Below, piece after piece: positions 9,713 through 19,769 of a stretch of 53,908 nucleotides of DNA; position 1 is the stretch's first letter, and each line of letters opens with the position of its first letter. This DNA is from an uncultured Candidatus Saccharibacteria bacterium (GTDB lineage: Bacteria > Patescibacteriota > Saccharimonadia > Saccharimonadales > EFPC-124), in contig CBDDBE010000003.1 of the NCBI GenBank assembly GCA_965225085.1, positions 67,023 to 120,930 of the forward strand, read 5' to 3'. A program made the position numbers and the translations under genes. The notes under the pieces were generated by a model. The model was not told the origin of the DNA, did no database searches, and was given only the letters and a program-made list of their open reading frames with translations.

Positions 9713-10036
9713 ATGGCGCAGATGCTTAGGCTCTATGGTCTTATCGGCATGTCGAGTGACCGCCGGGGCGCCACGCACTCGGTGAGCGCAGATCTGCTTC
9801 GGATCGGTGAATGCATCTGGGTTCTCACTGTTAAGATCCAAGGCGCAACGAGCCACAATATCGGATTCTACCAGGAATTTCCCGAGCGAACGGTGGTGAC
9901 AGCGACGGGCTCCGTCAAAGAGGCTAAAGACAAGGCATTCACCCTCGTCACGCAGGCTGCCGCAGTGGCTTTGGAAACCCCGATTGAGAGAACCTACATC
10001 GATACAACTGGGAACTGGATTGATAAATCCGACTGA
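9713..10036 (+). CDS. Hypothetical protein (107 aa)
   Basis: TTGACT-17-TACTAT promoter (9649-9677), SD GGAGGG, 12-bp stem after the stop. Confidence 0.6.
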   Translation: MAQMLRLYGLIGMSSDRRGATHSVSADLLRIGECIWVLTVKIQGATSHNIGFYQEFPERTVVTATGSVKEAKDKAFTLVTQAAAVALETPIERTYIDTTGNWIDKSD

Positions 10037-10089
10037 CATAAGCGTACCGGGCTACTCATCAAGTATGTGGTGGCCCGGTACGCTACAAC

Positions 10090-12624
10090 CTAGCTACTCG
10101 AAAGAGACAACAGATACCTGGCAACAGCCTCGCCATCACGCTCACACCACAAAACTCGACCTTCAATATCCTCGATACCTTGCTGGATACTCCTGTGCAG
10201 GGACGCGACGTTGAGCTTTGGCTCGAAGAATGCCTTGTACTCGGCAAGTTGTTCGGGCTTGCTAAAACTCGCAGCGGTATATTTGGGGAAATCAGTATAA
10301 TGCATATCGTTGCCAAATTGATCGACAATCCATTGCCAATTCTGCTGGACCCATTCCCACGTTGCATCGCGAGCGTAGCGGCTTTTGCTGAGGTATACCA
10401 CCCAGTAGAACAGGTCCTGCATTTTTACGACGCCGGTCGTCAGAAGCCCGAGCGCTTGCTGGATCAACTCGGGGTCGCGTACGCCCGATAGCCCAGCGGC
10501 CAACTGCACACGCTCTTCGGCTGAGGTCGTCCCGTGGTACCAGTCGATGATCTTATCGAATGCTTGTTTGCCATCGAACTTAGCCGACACAGCCAGAACG
10601 GTCGAGCGGATGTCGCCCCATATGTCAGATGGCTTATCGGCGGCCGCAAACAAATCACGCAACTTAGCCACAACCGCCTCATCCTCCGCATATGCCATAT
10701 GTGCAATAACCATCGGCCGCAGGAGCCGATCGACGTGCGGTTCGTCGGCTATGGCGTCCCAGCCCAGCCGGTCATATTGTTCGCGTGCAAGGTTGCGAAT
10801 ATAGGTACGAAGCGCCGCCAGAAGTTCTTCGTCATCGTCCGCAAACATTTTGAGCGCGCCCAGGTGATCGTTGATAGCGCCCCAGACAGAGTGGCTAGCT
10901 TCGTGACGGTACGCATCCAGGAAATGAAGCGAGTATAGGTACGGCTGCATGCCGGCCTTGCCGAGGCTGAGGCTATCGCTCAGAAGCCCTAAGCGATCGA
11001 TCACTGGGACGCGGTTCGCGGCGATATCGGCCGCAAGCTGCTCCATGTGCTCTTCATCGTACGCACTGAGGTAATAGCCAGTTCGGCCTTGGTTTAGCAG
11101 CAACGCTCGATCGGTGCGCTGAAGTGTGGTTGATGTCTCGGCCGCAGTCAATAAATCTTCCCCGAGCTGTCCGTCGGCCAAAAGTGGAATAGGCCACAGC
11201 ACTGGCTCGTCATGACTAGCCCGTTGGGGATTGCCATAAAAGCGCTGCTGCCGAAGCGCAACCGTAGGCCCGCCATCGCTAACTGATACGACAGGCAGTC
11301 CCGCCTGAGTAATCCACGGCTGCATAAAGCCTACTACGTCCCGGCCCGATACTTCACCCAGCGCCTGCCAGAGGTCATGAGCCTCGGTGTTGGCGTACTG
11401 GTGGCGCTTCAGATACAGTCGCAGGCCATCTCGAAATGCGTCAGCGCCTAAGTAAGCGTGCAGCATGTTTAGCAAACTTCCGCCCTTGGCATAGACAATC
11501 GCTGGGTCAAAGAGCGTCTGAATCTCGTCAGGCGTGTTGACCTCCTGCTGGATTTTTTGCACTGTCGCGAGTGAATCGCGCTGCACGGCATAGGTTGTTT
11601 CCTCGTCATAATACTGCGTCCACATATCCCATTCCGGGAACATGTGATCGGTCGCCAGGTATTCTATCCAGTTGGCAAAACTTTCGTTCAACCAGAGGTC
11701 GTTCCACCACTTCATAGTGACCAGGTTGCCAAACCATTGGTGCGCTAACTCGTGGGCGACAACCATAGCGACGTATTGCTTGGTTTTGGTGGCGGTATGT
11801 TCGCTGACTAGCAAGGCCGTTTCACGGAAGGTAATACACCCCCAGTTTTCCATCGCGCCACTGCTAAAGTCGGGGAGGGCAATCAGGTCGCATTTGGCCA
11901 ATGGATAGGAAATGCCAAAGTAATCATTGAAAAATTCGAGCGATTTAACTGCCGATTCGAGCGCAAAACCCACCTGGTCCTTCTTGTCCGGGGTTGCGTA
12001 GGCCCGCACAAGCACGCCATCTTTAGTCGTGGCCTCCTGATAGTCCAGCTTGCCAGCAACCCATGCTAGCAGATATGTGCTCATAACTGGCGTGGTGCCA
12101 AAGCGAGTTACCAAGCGGCCGTCCGCCTGGCGCTGCTCGACAACCGGTGTGTTGCCCAGGACGGTAATGCCGCTCTCGGTCGTCAGCGTCAGGTCGAAGG
12201 TTGCCTTGGCTTCAGGTTCGTCAATACACGGGAACACCTCGCGTGCATGGTGGCTCTCGAACTGGGTTGCGAGTATCTCTTCCTTTGCGCCATCAAGCGT
12301 GAAATAGCAGGGGTAGAGGCCATGCATTGGATTTGTGATGACCCCATTAAAGCTAATGGTCAGATTATGCTCACCAATTGCTAGATCCTGCGCGGCCGTA
12401 AGCACCAACTCACCATCTTCCTGTGTGTGCCCGACAGGCTGCCCGTCAATGCTTGCCACTGTAATCGTCAGTTTGTGAGCATGTAGGCGTATCTGGCGCC
12501 CGGGCTGCAGAGTTTGTCCGGCAATCTGTACGGTGCCACCAAAGGTGCGCTCCTGGCGTTCAAGTGATAATTCCAACGTATAGTGGCTCGGCAGAAAATG
12601 CCGGGCAAGGCGAGTAGTATTCAT
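10090..12624 (-). CDS. pepN: M1 family aminopeptidase N with ERAP1-like C-terminal domain
   Basis: TQFE, GAMEN, HELAH-x18-E (NESFA), YAKGG; start re-called at ATG 12624. Confidence 0.95.
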   Translation of the reverse strand: MNTTRLARHFLPSHYTLELSLERQERTFGGTVQIAGQTLQPGRQIRLHAHKLTITVASIDGQPVGHTQEDGELVLTAAQDLAIGEHNLTISFNGVITNPMHGLYPCYFTLDGAKEEILATQFESHHAREVFPCIDEPEAKATFDLTLTTESGITVLGNTPVVEQRQADGRLVTRFGTTPVMSTYLLAWVAGKLDYQEATTKDGVLVRAYATPDKKDQVGFALESAVKSLEFFNDYFGISYPLAKCDLIALPDFSSGAMENWGCITFRETALLVSEHTATKTKQYVAMVVAHELAHQWFGNLVTMKWWNDLWLNESFANWIEYLATDHMFPEWDMWTQYYDEETTYAVQRDSLATVQKIQQEVNTPDEIQTLFDPAIVYAKGGSLLNMLHAYLGADAFRDGLRLYLKRHQYANTEAHDLWQALGEVSGRDVVGFMQPWITQAGLPVVSVSDGGPTVALRQQRFYGNPQRASHDEPVLWPIPLLADGQLGEDLLTAAETSTTLQRTDRALLLNQGRTGYYLSAYDEEHMEQLAADIAANRVPVIDRLGLLSDSLSLGKAGMQPYLYSLHFLDAYRHEASHSVWGAINDHLGALKMFADDDEELLAALRTYIRNLAREQYDRLGWDAIADEPHVDRLLRPMVIAHMAYAEDEAVVAKLRDLFAAADKPSDIWGDIRSTVLAVSAKFDGKQAFDKIIDWYHGTTSAEERVQLAAGLSGVRDPELIQQALGLLTTGVVKMQDLFYWVVYLSKSRYARDATWEWVQQNWQWIVDQFGNDMHYTDFPKYTAASFSKPEQLAEYKAFFEPKLNVASLHRSIQQGIEDIEGRVLWCERDGEAVARYLLSLSSS

Positions 12625-12682
12625 GCATTTTATAGTATCACGCGCAATTGAAAAGCGGGGCCGGTGAAGGCCCCGCGGTTTG

Positions 12683-13000
12683 CTAGATCCCGAGCGCAGC
12701 CTTAGGATCATCATCTTCCAGCTTTTCAACGGCGTCCGGGATGAACTCGCACCATTCATCCTCGTGACCACGGAACCAGCTGATTTTCAGCTGATCGGCC
12801 ATGCAGCGGCCTATGTAGTCTATCACCTCCTTGAAAGTAAAAGCCTGTCCGTTACGCTCCTTCATGACCTGAATCACGGCGTAGGCGATGTAATCTTCTC
12901 TGCTCAGATGACGAGCTTCACGGAACAACGTCGCCAGCTCAGTGGCCACGCCGTTGAATTCGATCCGCCATCCAAGTTGAATATAGCTCCCTGCGTCCAT
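12683..13000 (-). CDS. Hypothetical protein (~105 aa)
   Basis: Minus-strand TTGACA-17-TACAAT promoter (13060-13032), purine-rich SD, terminator GCGGGGCC-N6-GGCCCCGC-TTTT after the stop. Confidence 0.6.
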   Translation of the reverse strand: MDAGSYIQLGWRIEFNGVATELATLFREARHLSREDYIAYAVIQVMKERNGQAFTFKEVIDYIGRCMADQLKISWFRGHEDEWCEFIPDAVEKLEDDDPKAALGI

Positions 13001-13073
13001 GGGTCCCCCTTGTTTCGGAATAGGCTTGCAAATTGTACAAATAAAGTCGCACACTGTCAATAGAACGCTGTCG

Positions 13074-13138
13074 TTGACAAGCCACATACGATCCGCTATT
13101 ATAAAAACATCTCATCCGGCCAGCAGGTCGGATTTTTT
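13074..13138 (+). promoter_or_regulatory. nusA promoter followed by a leader terminator/attenuator
   Basis: TTGACA(13074)-17-TATTAT(13097), then ATCCGGCC-agca-GGTCGGAT-TTTTT (13114-13138). Confidence 0.65.
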
Positions 13139-13165
13139 ACTAGAACATAACAGCAAAGGACACCT

Positions 13166-14305
13166 ATGCAGGATCTCAACCTCAAACAACTCGCACTATC
13201 ACTAAAGCAAATCGCCGAGGAAAAAAACCTCCCCGAAGAGACGGTCCACGAAATTATCGAGCAGGCTATCGCAGCGGCATTTCGTCGTGACTTTGGTGAC
13301 CGCGAGCAAGAAGTCCGCGCCGAGCTAAACGCCAAGACCGGTGATGTAACCGTGTACACAACCAAGGAAATCGTCGAGGAAGTCGGCGACGACGCCATAG
13401 AAATCAGCCTGGCTGACGCAAAAAAGCAAGACCCCAACGCTGAAATCGGCGGCGCTGTCGAGGAAACAAGCCATCCGACTACTTTTGGTCGTGTTGCGGC
13501 CCAAACTGCCAAGCAGGTTATCTTGCAAAAACTTCGCGAAGCCGAGCGCGAAGTCGTGATGGAAGAATACGAGGACAAGATCGGCACCGTCATCGTCGGT
13601 ACTATCCAACGCGTCGAGCCACGAGTGGTGCGGGTAGAGCTGGGCAAAGCCGTCGGTATCATCCCACAGTCAGAGCAGATTCCCGGCGAATATTACAGCA
13701 TCGGCTCACGAATGAAAGTCTACCTCAAGGACGTTGAGCGCGGTAACCGAGGCCCGCAGCTGATCCTTAGCCGCGCCAACGAACAATTCATCGAGCACCT
13801 GTTCCGCCAGGAAGTGCCCGAGATGGAAAACGGCGCTGTTGAGATCAAAGCCATTGCCCGAGAGGCAGGCAAGCGTACCAAGATCGCCGTGAACTCAACA
13901 GTACCCGGCGTCGACCCTGTCGGCACATTTGTCGGCGGCCATGGGACGCGTGTTCAGGCCGTCATGAATGAAATTGGCGATCAAGAAAAGATCGACATCA
14001 TCACGTTCAGCGACGACGCTACGCAGTTTATTACCAACGCCCTTAGCCCTGCCGACGTTAAGACCATCACTATCAACGAAGAAACCAAGCATGCTCGTGT
14101 CGAAGTAAACGACGACCAGCTGAGCATTGCTATCGGCCGTGGCGGTCAAAACGTGCGCCTGGCTTCGCGCCTCACCGGCTACGAGCTCGACATCGAGCCA
14201 GCACAGGGTAAAGCCGCCGCACCAGTCGCGCCAAAGCCCAAGAAAAACATCGAGGACTCGCTCCTGAATGCGATTGAGGAGACACAGGACGACAGCCAAG
14301 CCTAG
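13166..14305 (+). CDS. nusA: Transcription termination/antitermination factor NusA
   Basis: FGRVAAQTAKQVI, S1 domain, AREAG.RTKIAV, KH domains with LAIG.GGQNVRLA-type motif. Confidence 0.97.
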   Translation: MQDLNLKQLALSLKQIAEEKNLPEETVHEIIEQAIAAAFRRDFGDREQEVRAELNAKTGDVTVYTTKEIVEEVGDDAIEISLADAKKQDPNAEIGGAVEETSHPTTFGRVAAQTAKQVILQKLREAEREVVMEEYEDKIGTVIVGTIQRVEPRVVRVELGKAVGIIPQSEQIPGEYYSIGSRMKVYLKDVERGNRGPQLILSRANEQFIEHLFRQEVPEMENGAVEIKAIAREAGKRTKIAVNSTVPGVDPVGTFVGGHGTRVQAVMNEIGDQEKIDIITFSDDATQFITNALSPADVKTITINEETKHARVEVNDDQLSIAIGRGGQNVRLASRLTGYELDIEPAQGKAAAPVAPKPKKNIEDSLLNAIEETQDDSQA

Positions 14306-14324
14306 GCCGCTCAACTCACCACGA

Positions 14325-14351
14325 AAAACCGTCGCATCTCGCGGCGGTTTT
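14325..14351. terminator. Intrinsic terminator after nusA
   Basis: AAAACCGTCGC-atctc-GCGGCGGTTTT. Confidence 0.75.
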
Positions 14352-14422
14352 GATATCTCTTGAAATTATAATGACGATAGTCTATAGTGTCGCGAGGCAA
14401 ACTCCGAGCAAGGGAGAGGAAC

Positions 14423-14743
14423 ATGGCACAAAGAAGGCCAGGACCTTCGATTGATGAATTGATCGAACGGCTGCGAATCCTGCTCAAAGCCCATCGCCAA
14501 GCGTTTTTGGATGGGCCCAGCGATAGGCGGACAGACCCCTTCTACCAAGGCCTCGCAACCAACTCAGCTCTGGGCCCGGTCATCGCCAAAATGGATGTGA
14601 CTGACGTTTTGGGCGACGCAGCGCTCTATGCACGGTGGCGCATAGAAGTAGTTGAGTACGAGCTTAAGTGGCTTCAGGGGCAGATCAGCAACGAACAGAT
14701 GCGCGAGTACCTCCTCGGGCAACTTAAAAGGCTCAGTGGTTAG
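14423..14743 (+). CDS. Hypothetical protein (~106 aa)
   Basis: SD GGGAGAGGA before ATG 14423; long hairpin 14760-14794 after the stop. Confidence 0.55.
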   Translation: MAQRRPGPSIDELIERLRILLKAHRQAFLDGPSDRRTDPFYQGLATNSALGPVIAKMDVTDVLGDAALYARWRIEVVEYELKWLQGQISNEQMREYLLGQLKRLSG

Positions 14744-14802
14744 CCCAAGCTCTGCACCAACCTGGCATCTCGATGATGCATCGCGATGCCAGGTAAATCT
14801 TC

Positions 14803-14829
14803 TTAGCACTCTTGCACGTTGAGTGCTAA
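14803..14829. promoter_or_regulatory. CIRCE element (HrcA operator) overlapping the clpC promoter
   Basis: Exact TTAGCACTC-N9-GAGTGCTAA; TTGCAC (14812) in the spacer is 17 nt from TATACT (14835). Confidence 0.93.
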
Positions 14830-14888
14830 TTTTTTATACTAGGAATCAGTCCGAGCATCTAACTCGGGGATAAGGTAGAATAAAATAT

Positions 14889-17372
14889 ATGTTACCACAA
14901 GGTGACTTCACCGAATTTTTGCATCATCTGACCGATAACGCCCGCTCGAGTTTGCAGCAGGCTGATGGTATTGCCCGTAGCCTGGGGTCGGCGTATGTCG
15001 GCACCGAACACATTTTGCTTGGCGTCCTCAGCCAAGATAGCTCTGTTGCAGCCAAAATGCTCGCCCGAGTCGGCGTTACGCTAGACCGAGCACGTTTAGC
15101 CCTCAACCTCACGCCACGCGCACTGGTTGTCAGCACTGGCGCCAAGGGTTTGAGCGAAACGGCTAAACTGACACTAAAGCTCAGCTGGGATATTGCTCAG
15201 GAGTTTAACCAGGACTACTGCGGCACCGAGCACATTCTGTATAGCATCCTCAACCAGAAAAACGCCCGCGCCACAGTATTACTGCGCGATATGAATGTCA
15301 GCGTCGACGATCTCATGGCCGAGATCGAACAATATCTGAACCGCCAGTCATACAGCTACGACAGCGCCAACGAGGGCGGTACTCGTACGTCGCGCAAACG
15401 ACGCGGCGGCAGGCAAACAGCGCTGGACTTCTTTGGGACAGATCTGACCGAGCGCGCACGTGCCGGCGAGCTTGACCCAGTGGTTGGTCGCGAGAAGCAA
15501 ATCCATCGGATTGTGACCATCCTGGGCCGTCGTACCAAGAACAATCCGGTGCTCATTGGTGAGCCTGGTGTCGGCAAGACGGCAATTGTAGAGGGTCTGG
15601 CACAGCGCATCGTAGCCGAGGAAGTCCCGGAGCATCTTCTGGACAAGCACGTGTACACGCTGGACTTGGCTGGCATGATCGCTGGTACCAAGTATCGAGG
15701 TGAATTCGAGGAGCGGCTCAAAAAACTCATCGACGAACTAGTGAATGACAAAAACATTATTCTATTTATCGACGAGCTTCATCTGCTGGTTGGTGCTGGC
15801 GCGGCAGAAGGAGCCATCGACGCCGCAAATATGCTAAAGCCCGCCCTGGCACGTGGCCAGATTCGCCTGATTGGCGCAACAACACTGGACGAATATCACA
15901 AGCACATCGAGAAAGATGCCGCGCTGGAGCGCCGCTTTCAGACGGTAATGGTCGAGGAGCCAACGGTGAAGGAATCGATCGCTATCCTCCGAGGACTCAA
16001 GAAACACTACGAGCAACATCACGGCGTCGAGGTTAGCGACGATGTGATCGGTGATATCGCCCATTTGGCCAAGCGTTACATCAACGACCGCTACATGCCC
16101 GACAAGGCCATCGACGTGCTCGACGAAACAGCCTCGCAGGTCCGCATAGAGCGTGGCAAAAGCCCCATCGAGGTGCGCAAGCTGACGCGCGAGCTAAAGG
16201 TCGTGACCGATCGTATGGATGAAGCTGTTGAAGCCGAGGACTACGAGCGAGCGGCTCAATACAAGACCCGTATGAGCCAAATAAACGTCAAGATCAGCGA
16301 ACTCCGCGCCGATAAGAACACCAAGCAAAAACTCACCGTGACCTCTGATGACATTGCGCAGACTATCGCGCAAATGACTGGCGTGCCGATGCAAAAGGTT
16401 ATCAAGGCCGAGGCAAAGTATCTGCTGAATCTCGAGAAGCACATCGGTCGGCACATCATTGGCCAAGCCGATGCAGTACAAGCCGTCAGCCGTGCAATTC
16501 GCCGAAATCGCTCGGGAATTGCTGACTCTAAGCGCCCGATTGGATCATTTATCTTCATGGGGCCGACCGGAGTAGGGAAGACAGAACTAGCACGCGTGCT
16601 GGCTCGGGAAGTCCTGGGATCAGAAGACGCCATGATCAAAATTGATATGTCTGAGTTCAGCGAACGCCATACCACCGCGCGACTGGTTGGCGCACCAGCG
16701 GGCTATGTTGGATACGACGAAGGCGGCCAGTTGACCGATAAAATCCGTCGCCAGCCATACAGCCTGGTGCTATTCGACGAGATCGAAAAAGCTCATCCAG
16801 AGGTGCTGAATATGCTGCTCCAGATCCTGGAGGACGGCGCGCTCACCGACGCCAAAGGCCGCAAGGTGGACTTCACCAACACCATCATCATCCTGACCAG
16901 CAACCTGGGAGCCGAAAAGATGCAGAAGGAAGCCTCGCTGGGTTTCCGCGCCAGCACCGACGACCAATTGGGCGAGCTCAGTAACATCCATGCCCAAAAT
17001 CGCGAAGCAGCCATTGGGGAGCTCAAACACTTCATGCGGCCGGAACTTTTGAATCGTTTGGACAAAATCATCGTCTTCAAGGCCCTCACCAAGCAGGACG
17101 CGACCAAGATTCTCGACCTACAACTTGCCGCGCTAGGCAAGCGCCTCGAGAGACGCGGCATTGGTGCTAGTGTTCAGACAAATGCTAAAAAAGTACTGCT
17201 GGAAAAGGGCTACGATGCCGCCAATGGCGTACGCCCCCTCCGTCGCATCATCCAGGACATGATCGAGGACGAAATTGCTGACGGGCTTCTAGGCGAACGA
17301 TACACGAAGGGTGATATCATAAGGGTAGTATCAAAAAAAGGCGAGCTCGTCTTTACGCCGACCGCCGGATAG
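14889..17372 (+). CDS. clpC: ATP-dependent Clp protease ATP-binding subunit ClpC
   Basis: Double Clp-N repeat, NBD1 [11 protein letters not shown]-type middle domain (EDYERAA), NBD2 GPTGVGKT. Confidence 0.93.
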   Translation: MLPQGDFTEFLHHLTDNARSSLQQADGIARSLGSAYVGTEHILLGVLSQDSSVAAKMLARVGVTLDRARLALNLTPRALVVSTGAKGLSETAKLTLKLSWDIAQEFNQDYCGTEHILYSILNQKNARATVLLRDMNVSVDDLMAEIEQYLNRQSYSYDSANEGGTRTSRKRRGGRQTALDFFGTDLTERARAGELDPVVGREKQIHRIVTILGRRTKNNPVLIGEPGVGKTAIVEGLAQRIVAEEVPEHLLDKHVYTLDLAGMIAGTKYRGEFEERLKKLIDELVNDKNIILFIDELHLLVGAGAAEGAIDAANMLKPALARGQIRLIGATTLDEYHKHIEKDAALERRFQTVMVEEPTVKESIAILRGLKKHYEQHHGVEVSDDVIGDIAHLAKRYINDRYMPDKAIDVLDETASQVRIERGKSPIEVRKLTRELKVVTDRMDEAVEAEDYERAAQYKTRMSQINVKISELRADKNTKQKLTVTSDDIAQTIAQMTGVPMQKVIKAEAKYLLNLEKHIGRHIIGQADAVQAVSRAIRRNRSGIADSKRPIGSFIFMGPTGVGKTELARVLAREVLGSEDAMIKIDMSEFSERHTTARLVGAPAGYVGYDEGGQLTDKIRRQPYSLVLFDEIEKAHPEVLNMLLQILEDGALTDAKGRKVDFTNTIIILTSNLGAEKMQKEASLGFRASTDDQLGELSNIHAQNREAAIGELKHFMRPELLNRLDKIIVFKALTKQDATKILDLQLAALGKRLERRGIGASVQTNAKKVLLEKGYDAANGVRPLRRIIQDMIEDEIADGLLGERYTKGDIIRVVSKKGELVFTPTAG

Positions 17373-17391
17373 GACACCCCTTAAGCCCTCT

Positions 17392-18366
17392 ATGAGATCG
17401 TTCATGCGCCGGTTTGCCGGCATCGCGTTCCTGCTCCTTGTGGTTGGTAGCGCCGGCTGGACACTACTGAATCGGCAGTTCGTTATAGATTGGTGGCGCA
17501 TTCGGACCTTCACGCCCAGTAGCGACGTCGCGCAACTGGCGATTCGTGATACCTTGGTTGGTCGCGGCCACGACCTATTCATGGCGTCCGAGCCACAAGT
17601 CCAAAATGGCAGCGATTTCAATAGTTCCTGCCCATCCAAAGGCGAAAAAACCATCGTCCTGGGCTGTTATGCCGCCCAACGGATCTACGTCTATAACGTG
17701 ACCGACGAGCGCCTAACCGGCGTCAAGGAAGTAACTGCCGCTCACGAGATGCTCCATGCGGCGTACGAGCGGCTTAGCGTATCAGACCAGGCCAAGGTGA
17801 ATGCGATGCTGAAGCCAATCATCGACGGCATGACCGACAAGCGTATCTTGGAGCTCATCAAACTGTACAACCAGCAGGAGCCCGGGCAGCTCTACAACGA
17901 GATGCACAGCATCCTGGGCACCGAATACGCACACCTTACGCCTGATCTGGAAGACTACTACAAGCAGTACTTCGGCAACCGCCAAACGGTGGTGGGCTAT
18001 GCGTTAGCATACCAGCAGCCATTTACCGATTCGCAAAACAAGCTCGACGAGTACGACGCACAGCTCGACGCGCTCAAACCGCAAATTGACCAAAACAATG
18101 CCTCGCTCAAACAGCAACAAGCCGATCTTCAGGATGAGAGTAATAGGTTGGGTCAACTGCGCGCCCAGGGCAACATTCAGGCCTACAACGAGAGCGTACC
18201 CGGCTACAACGCTAAGGTGGCGAGCTTTAACCAGCTGGTGCAGCTGACTCGGGACCTTGTTGCCGAATACAACGCGCTCGTGGTCAAGCACAACCAAGAA
18301 GCCACTGCCCAAAACGATCTCCAACAAAGCCTCGACAGCTCCTACCAATCAGTTCCGAAAAACTAA
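17392..18366 (+). CDS. Membrane-anchored HExxH metallopeptidase-like protein with a coiled-coil C-terminus
   Basis: N-terminal TM, LGCY, AAHEMLHAAY, later NEMHS; Q/N-rich heptads. Confidence 0.7.
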   Translation: MRSFMRRFAGIAFLLLVVGSAGWTLLNRQFVIDWWRIRTFTPSSDVAQLAIRDTLVGRGHDLFMASEPQVQNGSDFNSSCPSKGEKTIVLGCYAAQRIYVYNVTDERLTGVKEVTAAHEMLHAAYERLSVSDQAKVNAMLKPIIDGMTDKRILELIKLYNQQEPGQLYNEMHSILGTEYAHLTPDLEDYYKQYFGNRQTVVGYALAYQQPFTDSQNKLDEYDAQLDALKPQIDQNNASLKQQQADLQDESNRLGQLRAQGNIQAYNESVPGYNAKVASFNQLVQLTRDLVAEYNALVVKHNQEATAQNDLQQSLDSSYQSVPKN

Positions 18367-18414
18367 ACCAGCAGAATCAGGGCCCTCGACCCTCCGTCTG
18401 CTACAATATAGCCA

Positions 18415-19767
18415 ATGGCCAAAAAACCAACATCTCAGTTTGTCTGTCAACAATGCGGATCAGTACATACCAAATGGGCAGGGCGATGCGATAATTGTGG
18501 GGCGTGGAATAGCCTGGTTGAGCAGGCAGCAACCGTAGGGACAAATGTCGTCTCGACCAGTCGCGGTCGGCCTCTTACACCGCAATCGATTACCGATGTG
18601 CTGCCCAGCAGCGCTCAGGGGCGCATCACAACCGGTATTACCGATATCGACGCGGTATTGGGTGGGGGTATCGTACCGGCAAGTGTCGTGCTGATTGCAG
18701 GGCAGCCAGGCATCGGCAAATCAACCGTGCTCATGCAGATAGCCCACGAAGTCAGCAAAACGCGCACAGTCCTCTACGTCAGCGGCGAGGAGTCTGCAGG
18801 TCAGGTCAAAGTCCGCGCGGATCGGCTAGGCGCCGAGCATGCCAATTTGCATTTGGCATCGTCGACATCCGCCGACGATATTGCGGCCACGATTGCCGCC
18901 AACAATTACGAGCTCGTCATTGTAGACTCTATTCAGACGTTGTCGATGGCCGATATCAGTTCAGCCCCGGGGAGCGTCAGCCAGATTACCAATTCGTCCA
19001 ATGTACTGACACAGGCCGCAAAACACTCCAACACAGCGCTCATCATTGTCGGGCATGTGACCAAGGAGGGGAGCATTGCCGGGCCGAAAATTCTGGAGCA
19101 TATGGTCGATGTCGTGGTCAATCTGGAAGGGGACCGATACGGCGGATTCAAAATGCTCCGCGCCAGCAAAAACCGCTACGGATCAACGAACGAAGTAGGC
19201 ATTTTCGAGATGCTGGATAGCGGTTTGAAACCGGTCGAAAACCCTTCCGCAGCACTACTGGAGGAGCGCATGACCTCTGATGGATCAGTGATATTTGCTA
19301 CCATAGAAGGCAATCGGCCATTGCTGGTCGAAATCCAGGCACTTGTCAATCAGACACATTTCGGGTATCCTAAACGTACGGCATCGGGTTTTGACCTGAA
19401 TAGGCTGAATGTTCTGGTAGCGGTATTGGAGCGCCGGACGAAGTTGAACTTATCAGATAGCGATATCTATATAAATGTTGTCGGCGGTATAAAATTACAA
19501 GACCCCGCAGCAGATCTAGCCGTGTGTATGGCTATCGCCTCAGCCAGCAAGGAAATGCAACTCGACCCGAATGCGGTTGTTTTTGGTGAAGTCGGCCTGA
19601 GCGGCGAAGTACGTTCGGTCGCCCATACTGACCGACGTATCACCGAAGCCCAAAAACTGGGCTTTACATACGCGATCGGGCCGCGGACCAAAGCCAGCAC
19701 TGCATTTCTGAGGTCGACAGCTTCAATGCGCGATGCTCTCAATACTTATTTACAAAAAACACCGTAG
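18415..19767 (+). CDS. radA: DNA repair protein RadA/Sms
   Basis: CQQC..KWAGRCDNC Zn finger, GQPGIGKST, DSIQT, KNRYG, Lon-like C-terminus (GEVGLSGE). Confidence 0.97.
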   Translation: MAKKPTSQFVCQQCGSVHTKWAGRCDNCGAWNSLVEQAATVGTNVVSTSRGRPLTPQSITDVLPSSAQGRITTGITDIDAVLGGGIVPASVVLIAGQPGIGKSTVLMQIAHEVSKTRTVLYVSGEESAGQVKVRADRLGAEHANLHLASSTSADDIAATIAANNYELVIVDSIQTLSMADISSAPGSVSQITNSSNVLTQAAKHSNTALIIVGHVTKEGSIAGPKILEHMVDVVVNLEGDRYGGFKMLRASKNRYGSTNEVGIFEMLDSGLKPVENPSAALLEERMTSDGSVIFATIEGNRPLLVEIQALVNQTHFGYPKRTASGFDLNRLNVLVAVLERRTKLNLSDSDIYINVVGGIKLQDPAADLAVCMAIASASKEMQLDPNAVVFGEVGLSGEVRSVAHTDRRITEAQKLGFTYAIGPRTKASTAFLRSTASMRDALNTYLQKTP

Positions 19768-19769
19768 CT

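Noticed and set aside
12625-12771. ORF-track N-terminal extensions (pepN, recG 25100, RRM 3943, lipoprotein 49467, 34945, rsmD 28002)
   Set aside because: They overlap neighbouring genes, promoters or terminators; downstream ATGs fit the family starts and -10/SD positions
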